Sequence record: MF158045
DNA from: Shigella phage Sf22
Strand: one strand, 5' to 3'
DNA length: 64,000 nucleotides
In this document: positions 46,595-56,544 of the stretch, piece after piece
Layout: each line of letters opens with the position of its first letter
Numbering within the stretch: the stretch's first letter is position 1
Made by a program: the position numbers and the translations under genes
Notes under the pieces: model-generated
Database searches by the model: none
Seen by the model: the letters and a program-made list of their open reading frames with translations, nothing else
What the model was told of the DNA's origin: nothing

Positions 46595-47281
46595 TTAAAA
46601 ATCGTGGGTAGAATCAGCTTCAAGAGCTACTACATAATTCGCGTGTTCACCTTCAAATTTAGCAGCACCTTGTTTACCTTTTGCCCAGAGCAGAAGTTTA
46701 TAATTTCCTGGTTGCATTTTCATATTTGCCATATTGATAATGAAATTAAATGTATTTTCACCATCATAATCACCAAGAGTCAAAGAATATTTAACACGGG
46801 TAAGAGCAGAATCTTCTACTTTATTAAAACCGTTAATTACGATTTTACCTTCTTTTACCGTGATAGCAATTGTATCAATCTGCAGACCACGAGATACACG
46901 CAACAGCTGTTGAAGGTCTTCAGCTTTAATTTCAGTAACAACAGATGCTACCGGGAATGGAATTGGTTTATTAGGAGCAACTACTGTACTCGGATCGGCT
47001 GCTGGCCAAAAAATTGTTGAACGGGCATCAGCAATTTTAATATTACCATCTTCTGACTGGGAAATTTCTGCATCGTCATTAACTAGAGACAGAATACCGA
47101 GAAAACCGTTCAAATCGTAAATCGCTACATCAAAATCAATAGTGTCAGAAATATTTGCTTCCGCATAAGTTGTACCATTAACTGCGCGAGTCATAATAAA
47201 TTGACCGGATTTAAGCATAATACCAGAGTTAATAGTAGCGAAATTTTTAAGCAGAGCAGTAGTATCTTTAGACAGTTTCAT
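46595..47281 (-). CDS. 45: Sliding clamp gp45
   Basis: 228 aa (T4 gp45 228 aa); MotA-box middle promoter upstream. Confidence 0.9.
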   Translation of the reverse strand: MKLSKDTTALLKNFATINSGIMLKSGQFIMTRAVNGTTYAEANISDTIDFDVAIYDLNGFLGILSLVNDDAEISQSEDGNIKIADARSTIFWPAADPSTVVAPNKPIPFPVASVVTEIKAEDLQQLLRVSRGLQIDTIAITVKEGKIVINGFNKVEDSALTRVKYSLTLGDYDGENTFNFIINMANMKMQPGNYKLLLWAKGKQGAAKFEGEHANYVVALEADSTHDF

Positions 47282-47310
47282 GTAATTTCCTTCAATTCAA
47301 ATGAGATTTA

Positions 47311-47335
47311 ATTTTATAACTAATTTAATAAAGCA
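47311..47335 (-). promoter_or_regulatory. MotA-dependent middle promoter upstream of gene 45
   Basis: Minus strand MotA box TGCTTTA, 12-nt spacer, TAAAAT. Confidence 0.65.
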
Positions 47336-47336
47336 A

Positions 47337-47726
47337 TTAACGATTAAAATCAGCCGCAATTGTTTCCGCAACAATTTGTGCAGCAACAATTAGGCGTTCA
47401 TCTGCATTACCGCAATAATCATCTTCAAGGCGTTCACCACATGAAGTCATAATAAATTTAGCACCGGCGTTTAGAGATTCTGTAGTATGTTTGCGCATTA
47501 GTTCAATCCATTTATTACTTACTTCACGATCGATAGCTTCATAATACGCATGACGAGCAGGTGCAGATTTAATTTTGTTCTGAATAACTTCCATTGCGTT
47601 ATCAGAAAGAGACAAAACCCATGCTCGACGGATTTTATTTTGGTTTTGTGGATTTGATTCAGAACGCACGTGTTTTGGCTGAATATCTTTTACATCAACA
47701 GTATAATTCACAGTAATTTTAGTCAT
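47337..47726 (-). CDS. rpbA: RNA polymerase binding protein RpbA
   Basis: 129 aa; position between 45 and 46. Confidence 0.8.
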
Positions 47727-47735
47727 AATACACCT

Positions 47736-47924
47736 TTAGTCATAATAATCAGTAACAGTCCAAGCTTCATTTCTATTGGACATTATTTTTGTATATTCTG
47801 CTTTAAATGCATTCCTAAGCATATATTCAGTAACTATATGCTCTTCATTAGAAAAATTATTTCTCAGAATATATCGTTTTATTTCAGGAATAGTTAATAG
47901 ATGCTGTCCAGTTGAATATTCCAT
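47736..47924 (-). CDS. Hypothetical protein (62 aa), 45.2-like
   Basis: ORF track; position. Confidence 0.5.
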   Translation of the reverse strand: MEYSTGQHLLTIPEIKRYILRNNFSNEEHIVTEYMLRNAFKAEYTKIMSNRNEAWTVTDYYD

Positions 47925-47979
47925 GTTTTTCCTCCATAGAGATTATACTCTAATAAATTAAAGCATAATCTCTTATAAA

Positions 47980-49662
47980 TTAAACCATTACAGTAAATCG
48001 ACCAACTTTCTTCATTTGAAGATGCTGACCGTATGCTTGCGGGTCATGGTCTCTATGTGAAATAACAAAAACATTAGTATTTTTTAAACTATCTAAAATA
48101 GTTGAAATAGCTTTTACACCTTCAACGTCGGTCGCTGAATCAAAAACTTCATCAAGAATTAGTGTGTTTATTTTAACACCTGAAACTTTTTCAGCAATAT
48201 CACGCCAAGTAAATAAAAGAGCAATATCAATTCGTGCTTTTTCACCTTGACTAAATGAAGCATAACTAAAATCTTCACGACCACGGGATTTAATTGTCTC
48301 ATTAAATTCTTCATCTAATGTAAACACATAATCCGCTTCCATTATTTTAAGATAATGGTTAATCTGCTTATTAAATAATGGAATGTACTTTTTAATAATA
48401 GCACCTTTAATACCAGAATCTTTGAGCATGTCAGTCAAAATTCCTCTGTGGTATTTTTCCATTACTAAATTAGTTTTTGTCTTAACAATTTTATCAAGTT
48501 CTTCTTGAAGCAGTGCTATTTCATCAGCATGGTCAATAAACTCGGATGATGCTTTTTCTATAGCTGCTTTAACTTTTTTAGCTTTATCTACCGTCGTGAT
48601 TAGAGATTGCTTTTTATTGCAAATATCATTTGCCAACGTCTGCTGGGTTTTAATATTATCTCGGTATTCATCAACAAGAACTTTTAAATTATCACGATGT
48701 GTTGAAAGCTGTTCAAATGAATGCGTGCATTCAGAAACTTTATCTTTAATTTTAGAAACAACTTTATCACCGGAACTTAATTGTGACAAACAGGTTGGAC
48801 ATAATCCACCTTCGTGATACATATTAATGACTTTATTATACGAATCAATTTTTGATTTAATTAAAAATGCTTCTTGACCGATTTTATTAAATGCATCAGT
48901 CGGGTCTTCATCCAAAACAATATTAACTAATCTTTCGTTAGCTTCTTCTATTTCCGATTTTAGCGTTCTAGCTTCTTTTGCCAAATCATCATACATATTT
49001 TGAAGACGTGTAAGGTTGTCACCCGTTAATTTTTTCTGGCGTTCAACGTTATCATTATATATTTTAATTTGTTGGATAATACTATCTTTTTTAACATCAA
49101 GCACTTGGTTTTGTGAATTTAATTCACGTATTAGTGCTTTATTAAGCTTATCCATTTCAGCTAATGTTCCTACCTCAAGCAGGTCTTCCACAAGCTTTCT
49201 TCGCGCAGGGGTCGACAAACCCATGAAAGGGGTATACCCTGCTGTACCAAGGACAACAATCTGCTTGAAACTGGCATATGACATTCCGATAAGCTGTTCA
49301 AATTCTGCTTGGAAATCTTTACTGCTGGCAGATTCATTAAGACGTGTACCGTTAACGGTGATTTCGAAAACGTTTGGTTTTTGTCCTCTTTTGATATAGT
49401 ACTTTTTCTCATCATATTCCATCCACAGTTCAACTAAAAGTTCTTTCTTATTTGTGCTGTTTATTAATTGACCTTTCTTTACATCACGAAATGGCTTACC
49501 AAAAAGCCCAAATGTGATGGCTTCTAGCATAGTAGACTTACCACCGCCATTTCGTCCAGTAATAAGAGTTTTTTGAACCTTATCTAGTTGAATGTCAATA
49601 GGATTTCCACCTACTGACATTATATTTTGATACCTAACTCGGTTTAGTTTAAAATTCTTCAC
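47980..49662 (-). CDS. 46: Recombination nuclease subunit gp46 (SbcC/Rad50-like)
   Basis: 560 aa (T4 gp46 560 aa); Walker A GRNGGGKST; coiled-coil middle. Confidence 0.9.
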   Translation of the reverse strand: MKNFKLNRVRYQNIMSVGGNPIDIQLDKVQKTLITGRNGGGKSTMLEAITFGLFGKPFRDVKKGQLINSTNKKELLVELWMEYDEKKYYIKRGQKPNVFEITVNGTRLNESASSKDFQAEFEQLIGMSYASFKQIVVLGTAGYTPFMGLSTPARRKLVEDLLEVGTLAEMDKLNKALIRELNSQNQVLDVKKDSIIQQIKIYNDNVERQKKLTGDNLTRLQNMYDDLAKEARTLKSEIEEANERLVNIVLDEDPTDAFNKIGQEAFLIKSKIDSYNKVINMYHEGGLCPTCLSQLSSGDKVVSKIKDKVSECTHSFEQLSTHRDNLKVLVDEYRDNIKTQQTLANDICNKKQSLITTVDKAKKVKAAIEKASSEFIDHADEIALLQEELDKIVKTKTNLVMEKYHRGILTDMLKDSGIKGAIIKKYIPLFNKQINHYLKIMEADYVFTLDEEFNETIKSRGREDFSYASFSQGEKARIDIALLFTWRDIAEKVSGVKINTLILDEVFDSATDVEGVKAISTILDSLKNTNVFVISHRDHDPQAYGQHLQMKKVGRFTVMV

Positions 49663-49922
49663 AAAAGATTCCTTTTAATGTATCTTTTAGACCATTCTAT
49701 CATATCATCATAATCTAAAAAGTATTCATCAAATTCAGCCATGCAAACAACGCCTTGTGCTGTTTTTGATGTGATATAAATTATTCCAACATATCTAGAA
49801 TCTTCTTCGGTATAATCAATGTTTGCTATGAATTCATCATTAATGTCAAATGTCGAAAACTTCACAGTATGCATCCTTAATACAAGATACAGCCATATCT
49901 TGTAATGATTTAGGTGTGTCAT
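49659..49922 (-). CDS. Hypothetical protein (up to 87 aa), 46.1-like
   Basis: ORF track; overlaps the next ORF in another frame, so the true start is probably internal. Confidence 0.4.
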   Translation of the reverse strand: MTHLNHYKIWLYLVLRMHTVKFSTFDINDEFIANIDYTEEDSRYVGIIYITSKTAQGVVCMAEFDEYFLDYDDMIEWSKRYIKRNLL

Positions 49923-50109
49923 TATCTAAAATGTTGAAGTTAAAAGATACAGCCCAGTCAGTGCAGACTGTAACCTTTTTAATACAATTATCTTCAACCT
50001 CTAACGGTTCAAACCAATATTCAATAATTTCTTTATGACCAATATCATCTTTTACTTCGCATTCAAAATGCTGACTCATCATAACATTTTTAAATTCATC
50101 AAAAGTCAT
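49846..50109 (-). CDS. Hypothetical protein (87 aa), 46.2-like
   Basis: ORF track; 4-nt overlap with gene 47. Confidence 0.5.
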   Translation of the reverse strand: MTFDEFKNVMMSQHFECEVKDDIGHKEIIEYWFEPLEVEDNCIKKVTVCTDWAVSFNFNILDNDTPKSLQDMAVSCIKDAYCEVFDI

Positions 50110-51125
50110 TGCGTTGCCTCTACATATAACTGATTTGCATATTGAATAAGTGCTTCGCGGTCAGAATCAGTGATGTCTGGAATTGCATTAATGTATTCTT
50201 CCATCAACGTCTGAAGAGATTGAACTTCAACTTCTTCACTGTCATCTGACTCGACAGAGTTATCAATCTTTGACACAACTCGTAACGAATGCACAACTTT
50301 TTCTAGTTCAGATTCGAACTTCGTTAGATTTTTGTCTACTTCAGTTACTATAACACGTACTGATAGATTTGTAAAATCTTTATAGTCAATTTTTCCTTTA
50401 AATGGATAATGAATTCTACGATGCCAGGTAGTGTTGTTTGGAATAAATTCCATTCGTTCTGTTTCTGTATCAAACATCCAGAACCCACGAGGGTCATTCT
50501 CGTCACCTGCAGTTAGTGTCCATGGTGTCCCAATATATCTGACGTTTGCAGCCTCAGAAATAGTATGGAAGTGACCAGACCACACCTCTTTATAAGTCTT
50601 AAGGAAATCAGGTTCAAGACCGTGAGATTTCATTCCTTTATAAAAATAAAATCCATTCAGTTCCCAGTGACCAACACAAAAAGAAGCAGAAGAAGTTTTT
50701 ATGTGCTCGAGAATTTCACCAGTATTTTCTTCACACATCCAAGGAATTAAATCAATTAAACATCCGTCAAAATCTACTGTAGTAGGCTTATCATATACTT
50801 TAACATTAGGATATTTAGCCAAAAGCTCAGTAGAGGCATTTGGAGTTAAAGTATTTTTAAAGTGCATATCATGGTTTCCTACAACAGTATGCAGGGTAAT
50901 ACCAGCATCATCAAGCATTTGAACTATTTCACGAGCGAACTCCATAGTTTTATGTGTGATTGCTTTTCGCACATCAAAAATATCGCCGTATTGAATCCAT
51001 GTAGTAATTCCATTTTTCTTAGAATATTCTATTGCTTGTTTAATTCCATCTAACTGAATGGATTGAACCCACTCATCATCGGCTTTAACGCCTAAATGCC
51101 AATCACCTAAATTTAAAATTTTCAT
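50106..51125 (-). CDS. 47: Recombination nuclease subunit gp47 (Mre11/SbcD-like)
   Basis: 339 aa (T4 gp47 339 aa); N-terminal phosphoesterase motif LGDWHLG. Confidence 0.9.
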   Translation of the reverse strand: MKILNLGDWHLGVKADDEWVQSIQLDGIKQAIEYSKKNGITTWIQYGDIFDVRKAITHKTMEFAREIVQMLDDAGITLHTVVGNHDMHFKNTLTPNASTELLAKYPNVKVYDKPTTVDFDGCLIDLIPWMCEENTGEILEHIKTSSASFCVGHWELNGFYFYKGMKSHGLEPDFLKTYKEVWSGHFHTISEAANVRYIGTPWTLTAGDENDPRGFWMFDTETERMEFIPNNTTWHRRIHYPFKGKIDYKDFTNLSVRVIVTEVDKNLTKFESELEKVVHSLRVVSKIDNSVESDDSEEVEVQSLQTLMEEYINAIPDITDSDREALIQYANQLYVEATQ

Positions 51126-51287
51126 ATATCAAGAACCGTCATTGAAATGCAAAATAAAATTATTGAAATAAATCCATCTGGAGTGCTAAAGAACCCAATC
51201 CAGCATGCTCTAGTGAATAGATAAAATGCAAGAAAAAGTATCACATATCCAAGAAATATCATTATATCAAACTCCGTATAAAGCTAA

Positions 51288-51303
51288 AGGGCCGAAGCCC
51301 TTT
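51288..51303 (-). terminator. UUCG-loop hairpin at 3-prime end of a-gt
   Basis: AAGGGC-TTCG-GCCCTT overlapping the a-gt stop codon. Confidence 0.45.
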
Positions 51304-52504
51304 ATTTTGTAATAATGTCAAACTGTTCTTTAAAGCAGAAGCTTGAATCTTGATGCTGATACAAAAATTCATATGCTTTTTCTCGCTCACGGTCATAAAG
51401 AGCTCGGTCAGATGACAGTTCTTTAATACGCTCGAATGTTGATTCCATATCATTTTCATCAAACCAAACGATACCGCTATCATGCGAAATTAGCGGAGTA
51501 TTATCAACACGGAATTTTAAATTTTCGCCAGTAGATTTCCAAAATACCGGAATTGTTCCACATGCACCAAGCTCGAGATGAGTATATTCTAAAGAGCGCT
51601 GTAGATATTTTTTATCCAACTTACTCAGCTGATAACCAAAACCGGATTTACTCATACGTTCAAGCATTTCGCTATTTACATAACGGTCAAGAATTTGCGT
51701 TGGCAAATTAGGAGCAATTTTAATTTGGTCTACTTGATGAAGACGATAATACTCGTATGGAATTCCTTTTTCTTTAATAGGAATGAACGCTGGAGAACGT
51801 TCCAGACCTTCCATAATAGTACTTAGTCCTGCAGGTTTAAGATGTTTTTCATGAAAATCAAACATCTGATAAAAACCTTTCCATGTAGTCGTACGACCAA
51901 TCCAACGGTTGATATTCATGTTAATTTCAGAAACATCTTTCCAGTAAGTTGACCGAACCTTCGCAATATCCATAGGAGGCTGAAAGTTATATACTGTCGG
52001 TGCTTCTTCAATATCATCAAACAGAGAAACAGTTTCTGGATACCATTCTTTCATCAGAACTTTATTAAAATCACCATTATCAGAATGGCTAAAAATAACA
52101 TCAGCTCGACGAACAGTTTCTTCTAATCCCAAATTTCGACGCAAAGAAAGAGAAGAATGGTCATGCTGATAAACTACAACACGAACCGAAGGTTTAATGT
52201 TATCAATAATTTTTTTATAGTTATTAATAGTGTCTTCTTCAACCGAAGTAGCAGGAACTGAATTGATAATTAGAATATCACAATCATTTACCAGCTTAAG
52301 TGTTTTATCATATTCTTTTGCCAATAAAACCGGAATTGAAAATGATTTATAATCATGCGCGCAATTACGAGTAAATGATTTATCTTTAGCATAAACCAAA
52401 GTCACTTCATGACCATTTTTAATAAACCAATCACGTTGCTCGAGTGAGAATTTTGTTACACCACAACCTTCAAGACCTCGAGCCATAAAAATACATACTT
52501 TCAT
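51302..52504 (-). CDS. a-gt: Alpha-glucosyltransferase (HMC-DNA alpha-glucosylation)
   Basis: 400 aa; N-terminus CIFMARGLEGCGVTKFSLEQRDWFIKNGHEV matches T4 AGT as recalled. Confidence 0.9.
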   Translation of the reverse strand: MKVCIFMARGLEGCGVTKFSLEQRDWFIKNGHEVTLVYAKDKSFTRNCAHDYKSFSIPVLLAKEYDKTLKLVNDCDILIINSVPATSVEEDTINNYKKIIDNIKPSVRVVVYQHDHSSLSLRRNLGLEETVRRADVIFSHSDNGDFNKVLMKEWYPETVSLFDDIEEAPTVYNFQPPMDIAKVRSTYWKDVSEINMNINRWIGRTTTWKGFYQMFDFHEKHLKPAGLSTIMEGLERSPAFIPIKEKGIPYEYYRLHQVDQIKIAPNLPTQILDRYVNSEMLERMSKSGFGYQLSKLDKKYLQRSLEYTHLELGACGTIPVFWKSTGENLKFRVDNTPLISHDSGIVWFDENDMESTFERIKELSSDRALYDREREKAYEFLYQHQDSSFCFKEQFDIITK

Positions 52505-52528
52505 TTAATATCCTCTTTGTTTTGGTTT

Positions 52529-52552
52529 ATTTTACCAAAAATTTATAAAGCA
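52529..52552 (-). promoter_or_regulatory. MotA-dependent middle promoter upstream of a-gt
   Basis: Minus strand TTGCTTTA, 11 nt, TAAAAT. Confidence 0.55.
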
Positions 52553-52557
52553 ATATA

Positions 52558-52571
52558 GGAGCCGAAGCTCC
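52558..52571 (-). terminator. UUCG-loop hairpin upstream of a-gt middle promoter
   Basis: GGAGC-TTCG-GCTCC (minus-strand reading). Confidence 0.4.
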
Positions 52572-52747
52572 TATCCGCATAATACGCCATACAGAGGCTC
52601 GTTAGAACTTTTAAATTTTATGCGCTTATATTTTATAGTTCCTTCTGCTTTAGCTTTATCATGAGACTCTTTAAAGCGTCTCATCATTTCCTCTTTAGAG
52701 GAACGAATTTTATTATAATCTATTTCAGAAGTCTGGGTGTTCATCTT

Positions 52748-52954
52748 TCATAGTTGCCACCATTTTTTGACTTGATAGGAATCAACCCACACTTTCATAT
52801 TAGGGTCTGCTCTTACAATAGGAGGATTAACTTCTTTAATTGAACTATCATGGTATTCTTTTTCAGAAATTTTCACACAAAGATGACCATTCAAAGATTC
52901 AGTAAATCCTGCATTAATTTTAAGACGCTTGAATTTTACGTGTGTAAGCATCAA
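52748..52954 (-). CDS. Hypothetical protein (68 aa)
   Basis: ORF track. Confidence 0.45.
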   Translation of the reverse strand: MMLTHVKFKRLKINAGFTESLNGHLCVKISEKEYHDSSIKEVNPPIVRADPNMKVWVDSYQVKKWWQL

Positions 52955-53237
52955 TCATATCCTCAATTTGCGATCTAGTAGTCTTCCAAAGAATACTGAT
53001 GAGTTCATCGTTATATGGCTGTTTTAGAATATCCCGACTTTTCTTGATAGCATATTCGTATTGAGCAAAATTATTGTTTTCAGCTGCGATCTGAGCGTGC
53101 TTATAAAGACGATTCAGTTCGCGTTTGTTTTTAGACAATAACTTATTTGCTTTTCTTTCTGCTTCAAGACGGTTCTTTTCTTCAATAGAAGAAATAAGCT
53201 TTTCCACTTCATCATTAATTTCGGGTTTATCAGTCAT
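52920..53237 (-). CDS. Hypothetical protein (105 aa)
   Basis: ORF track. Confidence 0.5.
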   Translation of the reverse strand: MTDKPEINDEVEKLISSIEEKNRLEAERKANKLLSKNKRELNRLYKHAQIAAENNNFAQYEYAIKKSRDILKQPYNDELISILWKTTRSQIEDMIDAYTRKIQAS

Positions 53238-53238
53238 A

Positions 53239-53457
53239 TTATTTCTCTAATATAAAATAAAAATCATCATCTGTTAAATGATACCGATAGTTTAATTCTA
53301 CACCATTAGATTTAAAAGCGGTATCATACGGATTTTCTGGATCAATATCAATGTCAAGAGCTAAAACTTCCCTGAGATACATTTTAAGTAAATAGGGAAT
53401 AGCTTCAACTTCAGGTATTTCTTCCAAGAATCCGGAGAGGTTAATCGTTAGCCTCAT
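53239..53457 (-). CDS. Hypothetical protein (72 aa)
   Basis: ORF track. Confidence 0.5.
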
Positions 53458-53998
53458 ATAAAAAATCCAAACTAGGAGAATCGTCTACAACACTTTTCTT
53501 TTCAGCCCCCGGTGTTCTATAGGTTGATTCTTCGTAATGCGTCATTTTATCGTAGATGTCTTGAATAAAAGTTTCATCTACTAACGCAACCATATCGTCG
53601 TCACGACTGTCATAGACATTGTGAACGAAGTAACTGTATTTCTTTGCAACTTCCTTACGTTCTTTTTTAATACGTTGGACGAATGCATTAAAACAAGCTT
53701 GAGTTATATATGCATGTGGGTTTTTATATTTCGTTTCATCAAAATTATGAAGCCCCTTAATAGAAGCTTCTATACCATCTGCAATCATTTCTTGTTTCCA
53801 GGATTGGGTGTATCCTGAAAAGTTGAAACGTTTAGATAAGCCTTCTGCGATAAGCATAATGGCCAATCCGATAGTATCATTCTGACGAACTACTTTATTT
53901 GGGTCTTTATTATTTGCTAATTCTGTTTTCCAATCAATAATAGCTTGTAAAAGCTCTTTATTGTTTACGTAATTATATTTAGGCTTAGTTTCTGACAT
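53441..53998 (-). CDS. 55: Late-transcription sigma factor gp55
   Basis: [24 protein letters not shown] matches T4 gp55 N-terminus as recalled; start set at second Met (185 aa). Confidence 0.9.
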
Positions 53999-54076
53999 TT
54001 TCACCTCTTAGCTCAATTCATAGATCTATTATATCATAATATTTGAAGATCTATCTTAAAGCATAGAGGATATCAG

Positions 54077-54346
54077 TTATCTAAGTAAGCAGTATGCTTG
54101 GAATACTTTCTCCATCATCTTTTTAAATTCATGAATATCTATATAATGACTAGTTAAATCAGCATGATATAAAAAGTCTAAAAACTTTTCATGTGTGCTA
54201 GCATATTCACTTTCATTTAATTCAGAAACATGGCTTTCCCAATATCCAACACCAGTCTTATTTGGGAAAAATGAAATTTTCATGTATTGGTCAACATAGA
54301 AAATGCCATAATTTTCAATAGTAATAGAAATATTAATAAATTTCAT
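54077..54346 (-). CDS. Hypothetical protein (89 aa)
   Basis: ORF track. Confidence 0.5.
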   Translation of the reverse strand: MKFINISITIENYGIFYVDQYMKISFFPNKTGVGYWESHVSELNESEYASTHEKFLDFLYHADLTSHYIDIHEFKKMMEKVFQAYCLLR

Positions 54347-54558
54347 ACATTCATCAACTTAGCCGCTTCAAGAGCTGCATCTAATGAATCAAATTGATCA
54401 ACATATTCAATCAATTCGCCGTAATTGGCATATAACCACCATTGGCTAAATTCATACTCAAGGATGAATCCGTTTCCTTCAATTTGAGTTAAACCAATGC
54501 CATTTGTATTTACTTCATACCCAGCAAGACGTAAATCGTTAATAAGAGCTTCGTTCAT
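54343..54558 (-). CDS. Hypothetical protein (71 aa)
   Basis: ORF track. Confidence 0.5.
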   Translation of the reverse strand: MNEALINDLRLAGYEVNTNGIGLTQIEGNGFILEYEFSQWWLYANYGELIEYVDQFDSLDAALEAAKLMNV

Positions 54559-54560
54559 AA

Positions 54561-54887
54561 TTATACCTTAGTAATTTTCAGGTCTGCAAATTTTTTCTTG
54601 CGTTGATTTTTCATGCGACGAATAGTTTTATCGGAAATTTCATGCTTTTGATAAGCTTTAGATTCTACGCCAAAAGCTTTAACATCAAATTCCGACAAGA
54701 TATATTGAACCAGCAATTCACGGACAGTATTACGTCCAATCTTCTGATCATTCTGTTTCATCGTCTGATGAAGCTCTTTTTCCCATTTATCCAAAATTTG
54801 AGGAGTTACAATATCGCCTTTTTCTAGCAAAGAAACTACTTTATCATATGCGTAAGAATTAATGACGTTTTTAATTTGAATAGTCAT
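54561..54887 (-). CDS. Hypothetical protein (108 aa)
   Basis: ORF track. Confidence 0.5.
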   Translation of the reverse strand: MTIQIKNVINSYAYDKVVSLLEKGDIVTPQILDKWEKELHQTMKQNDQKIGRNTVRELLVQYILSEFDVKAFGVESKAYQKHEISDKTIRRMKNQRKKKFADLKITKV

Positions 54888-54926
54888 ACATTATCCTCAA
54901 TTACGTTAAAATTTTATTATCCAAAA

Positions 54927-54942
54927 AGGGCCGAAGCCCTTA
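54927..54942 (-). terminator. UUCG-loop hairpin between ORFs 54940-55140 and 54561-54887
   Basis: AAGGGC-TTCG-GCCCTT. Confidence 0.4.
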
Positions 54943-55140
54943 GCTAAACTTTTTGGCGCCCTTCCAGCCTTCATACATCATTGCGGCTGATATTAATATT
55001 GCTCCTGAGCAACTTGAATATTTGTGATTCCAAAACCAGTTTAGAAAAACTTCGTCATCAATACCTTGTGCTATCATATTTTCAAAGAACTGACGACGAG
55101 CTTCGGCAATTCGCTGCGATAATTTAGATTCAGGATTCAT
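54940..55140 (-). CDS. Hypothetical protein (66 aa)
   Basis: ORF track; UUCG hairpin upstream. Confidence 0.45.
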   Translation of the reverse strand: MNPESKLSQRIAEARRQFFENMIAQGIDDEVFLNWFWNHKYSSCSGAILISAAMMYEGWKGAKKFS

Positions 55141-55272
55141 TTAAATTTCCCAATTACCATTTTCATCAATGAATTTAATCCAGTCATTTACTGACCACTT
55201 AGTTGTATCGCCTTTTGGAGTAACATTTAAAGTATATAGCCCTTGCTTAAAAAGCATTCGTTTGATATTCAT
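55141..55272 (-). CDS. Small hypothetical protein (about 43 aa)
   Basis: Internal start MNIKRMLFKQGLY with SD GAGGAA; the ORF-track 71-aa frame overlaps its neighbour. Confidence 0.35.
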   Translation of the reverse strand: MNIKRMLFKQGLYTLNVTPKGDTTKWSVNDWIKFIDENGNWEI

Positions 55273-55279
55273 AATTTCC

Positions 55280-55573
55280 TCAGCTGTAACGATAACACTC
55301 GTTTGATTTACGTTTAGCAACTCGTTGAGAAGTATTATAATCAAAATCATCGTCAATGTAAACTGATTTTTTCAACTTTCTTACTTCACCACGTAATTGG
55401 CGATTTAGCTCATCTTTAACTTCTGAATCAATACCTTTCATTCTACGCCATTTATCTGAGCGAAAAATGTTTTCAACCATATCTTTATGACTTACCCCAT
55501 CAGGAGCTTTACGCTTTCCGAAATAGTCATAATCACGAACTTTCAAGTCTTTACGACGATACGTTTTACCCAT
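55280..55573 (-). CDS. Small basic protein (about 97 aa)
   Basis: Internal start MGKTYRRKDLKVRDYDYFGKRK; highly basic. Confidence 0.4.
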   Translation of the reverse strand: MGKTYRRKDLKVRDYDYFGKRKAPDGVSHKDMVENIFRSDKWRRMKGIDSEVKDELNRQLRGEVRKLKKSVYIDDDFDYNTSQRVAKRKSNECYRYS

Positions 55574-55748
55574 GGAGTTTAATTTCCTTAGCAACTGAAC
55601 TAAATGCAGCACGATCGCAAATCATGCGTTTATGTAACTTGAGTATAATATAGCAAACTTCAAAACTATTTACATGAGTAACACGAACAGCATTACCATT
55701 AATGAGATAATACTGTCCCTTTTTAATTTCTTTATCAACCACAACCAT
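55566..55748 (-). CDS. Hypothetical protein (60 aa)
   Basis: ORF track; consensus early promoter upstream. Confidence 0.5.
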   Translation of the reverse strand: MVVVDKEIKKGQYYLINGNAVRVTHVNSFEVCYIILKLHKRMICDRAAFSSVAKEIKLHG

Positions 55749-55777
55749 ATCAATTCCTCAAAAGTAATTCATATGTT

Positions 55778-55807
55778 AATAATACCATGGTTTGAACTTG
55801 TTGTAAA
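55778..55807 (-). promoter_or_regulatory. T4-type early promoter upstream of ORF 55566-55748
   Basis: Minus strand GTTTACA, 18 nt, TGgTATTAT. Confidence 0.6.
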
Positions 55808-55905
55808 CAACTTTGTGAAAATATTTTAGGGAATGACAAGAAGGGAACGATAGCTTAGAATGGTAATATACAGAATGCGAGAAAGAAAGGCCCAGAGGGC
55901 CCGTC

Positions 55906-56214
55906 TTAATCTTCTATGATATCTCTATCATATCCAAGTGAAATGAGAGTTTCTTTGAAGTGTTTAATGTTCTTTTGCCTAGAATCATTAATGAAAATGA
56001 CCGGATACCGAATATTAAGAGATGTGAATCCGGCGCGTTTGGCAAGAGATACAATCAGTGGACGATCATACTCAATCTTACCATTATTAGTAAGAACTTT
56101 ATAGAAAGTAAAAGGAGCATTGAGCTCCTTTAGAAGTTTTGTAACTGATTGACATCCAGGACAACGACCTACTTCATCTGGAATTCCATAGACTTCAATC
56201 TTATTTTGTTTCAC
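55906..56214 (-). CDS. nrdH: Glutaredoxin-like protein NrdH
   Basis: 102 aa with redox motif CPGC near the N-terminus; adjacent to nrdG/nrdD. Confidence 0.7.
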   Translation of the reverse strand: MKQNKIEVYGIPDEVGRCPGCQSVTKLLKELNAPFTFYKVLTNNGKIEYDRPLIVSLAKRAGFTSLNIRYPVIFINDSRQKNIKHFKETLISLGYDRDIIED

Positions 56215-56216
56215 AA

Positions 56217-56429
56217 CTATTCCTTACTAAGAGCAGCATTCAGCTTGTTAGTAATTTTATCCAGACGCTCATTGAACTCACTAGAAGATAAGCCCTTTTC
56301 TGGAGAAATTAAACTAATCACGAAAAATATAGCAATAAAAGGAATAAGGAAAATAGCTCCAACTGCCATAAACAGAAAGAATGTTACAGTTGTAAGAAAA
56401 TCAGCTAAACCTTTACGAAATTTATACAT
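56217..56429 (-). CDS. Small membrane protein (70 aa)
   Basis: ORF track; two hydrophobic helices. Confidence 0.45.
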   Translation of the reverse strand: MYKFRKGLADFLTTVTFFLFMAVGAIFLIPFIAIFFVISLISPEKGLSSSEFNERLDKITNKLNAALSKE

Positions 56430-56544
56430 ATTTTACCCTTAATTGATTAACCAAGCATTGATAAGCACTAAACTATATTGCGAATAAAATTCTGGACCAA
56501 AATGAAAAATCATATCATTTATAGTATCCATAATGTAATTCAAT

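Noticed and set aside
15114-55898. The recurring GGGCCGAAGCCC-type hairpins as a CRISPR array or a transposon terminal repeat family
   Set aside because: The copies are scattered irregularly in intergenic positions across more than 40 kb, are short, and sit before promoters or after genes. That fits terminator or RNA-stability hairpins; there is no regular repeat-spacer periodicity and no cas or transposase genes.
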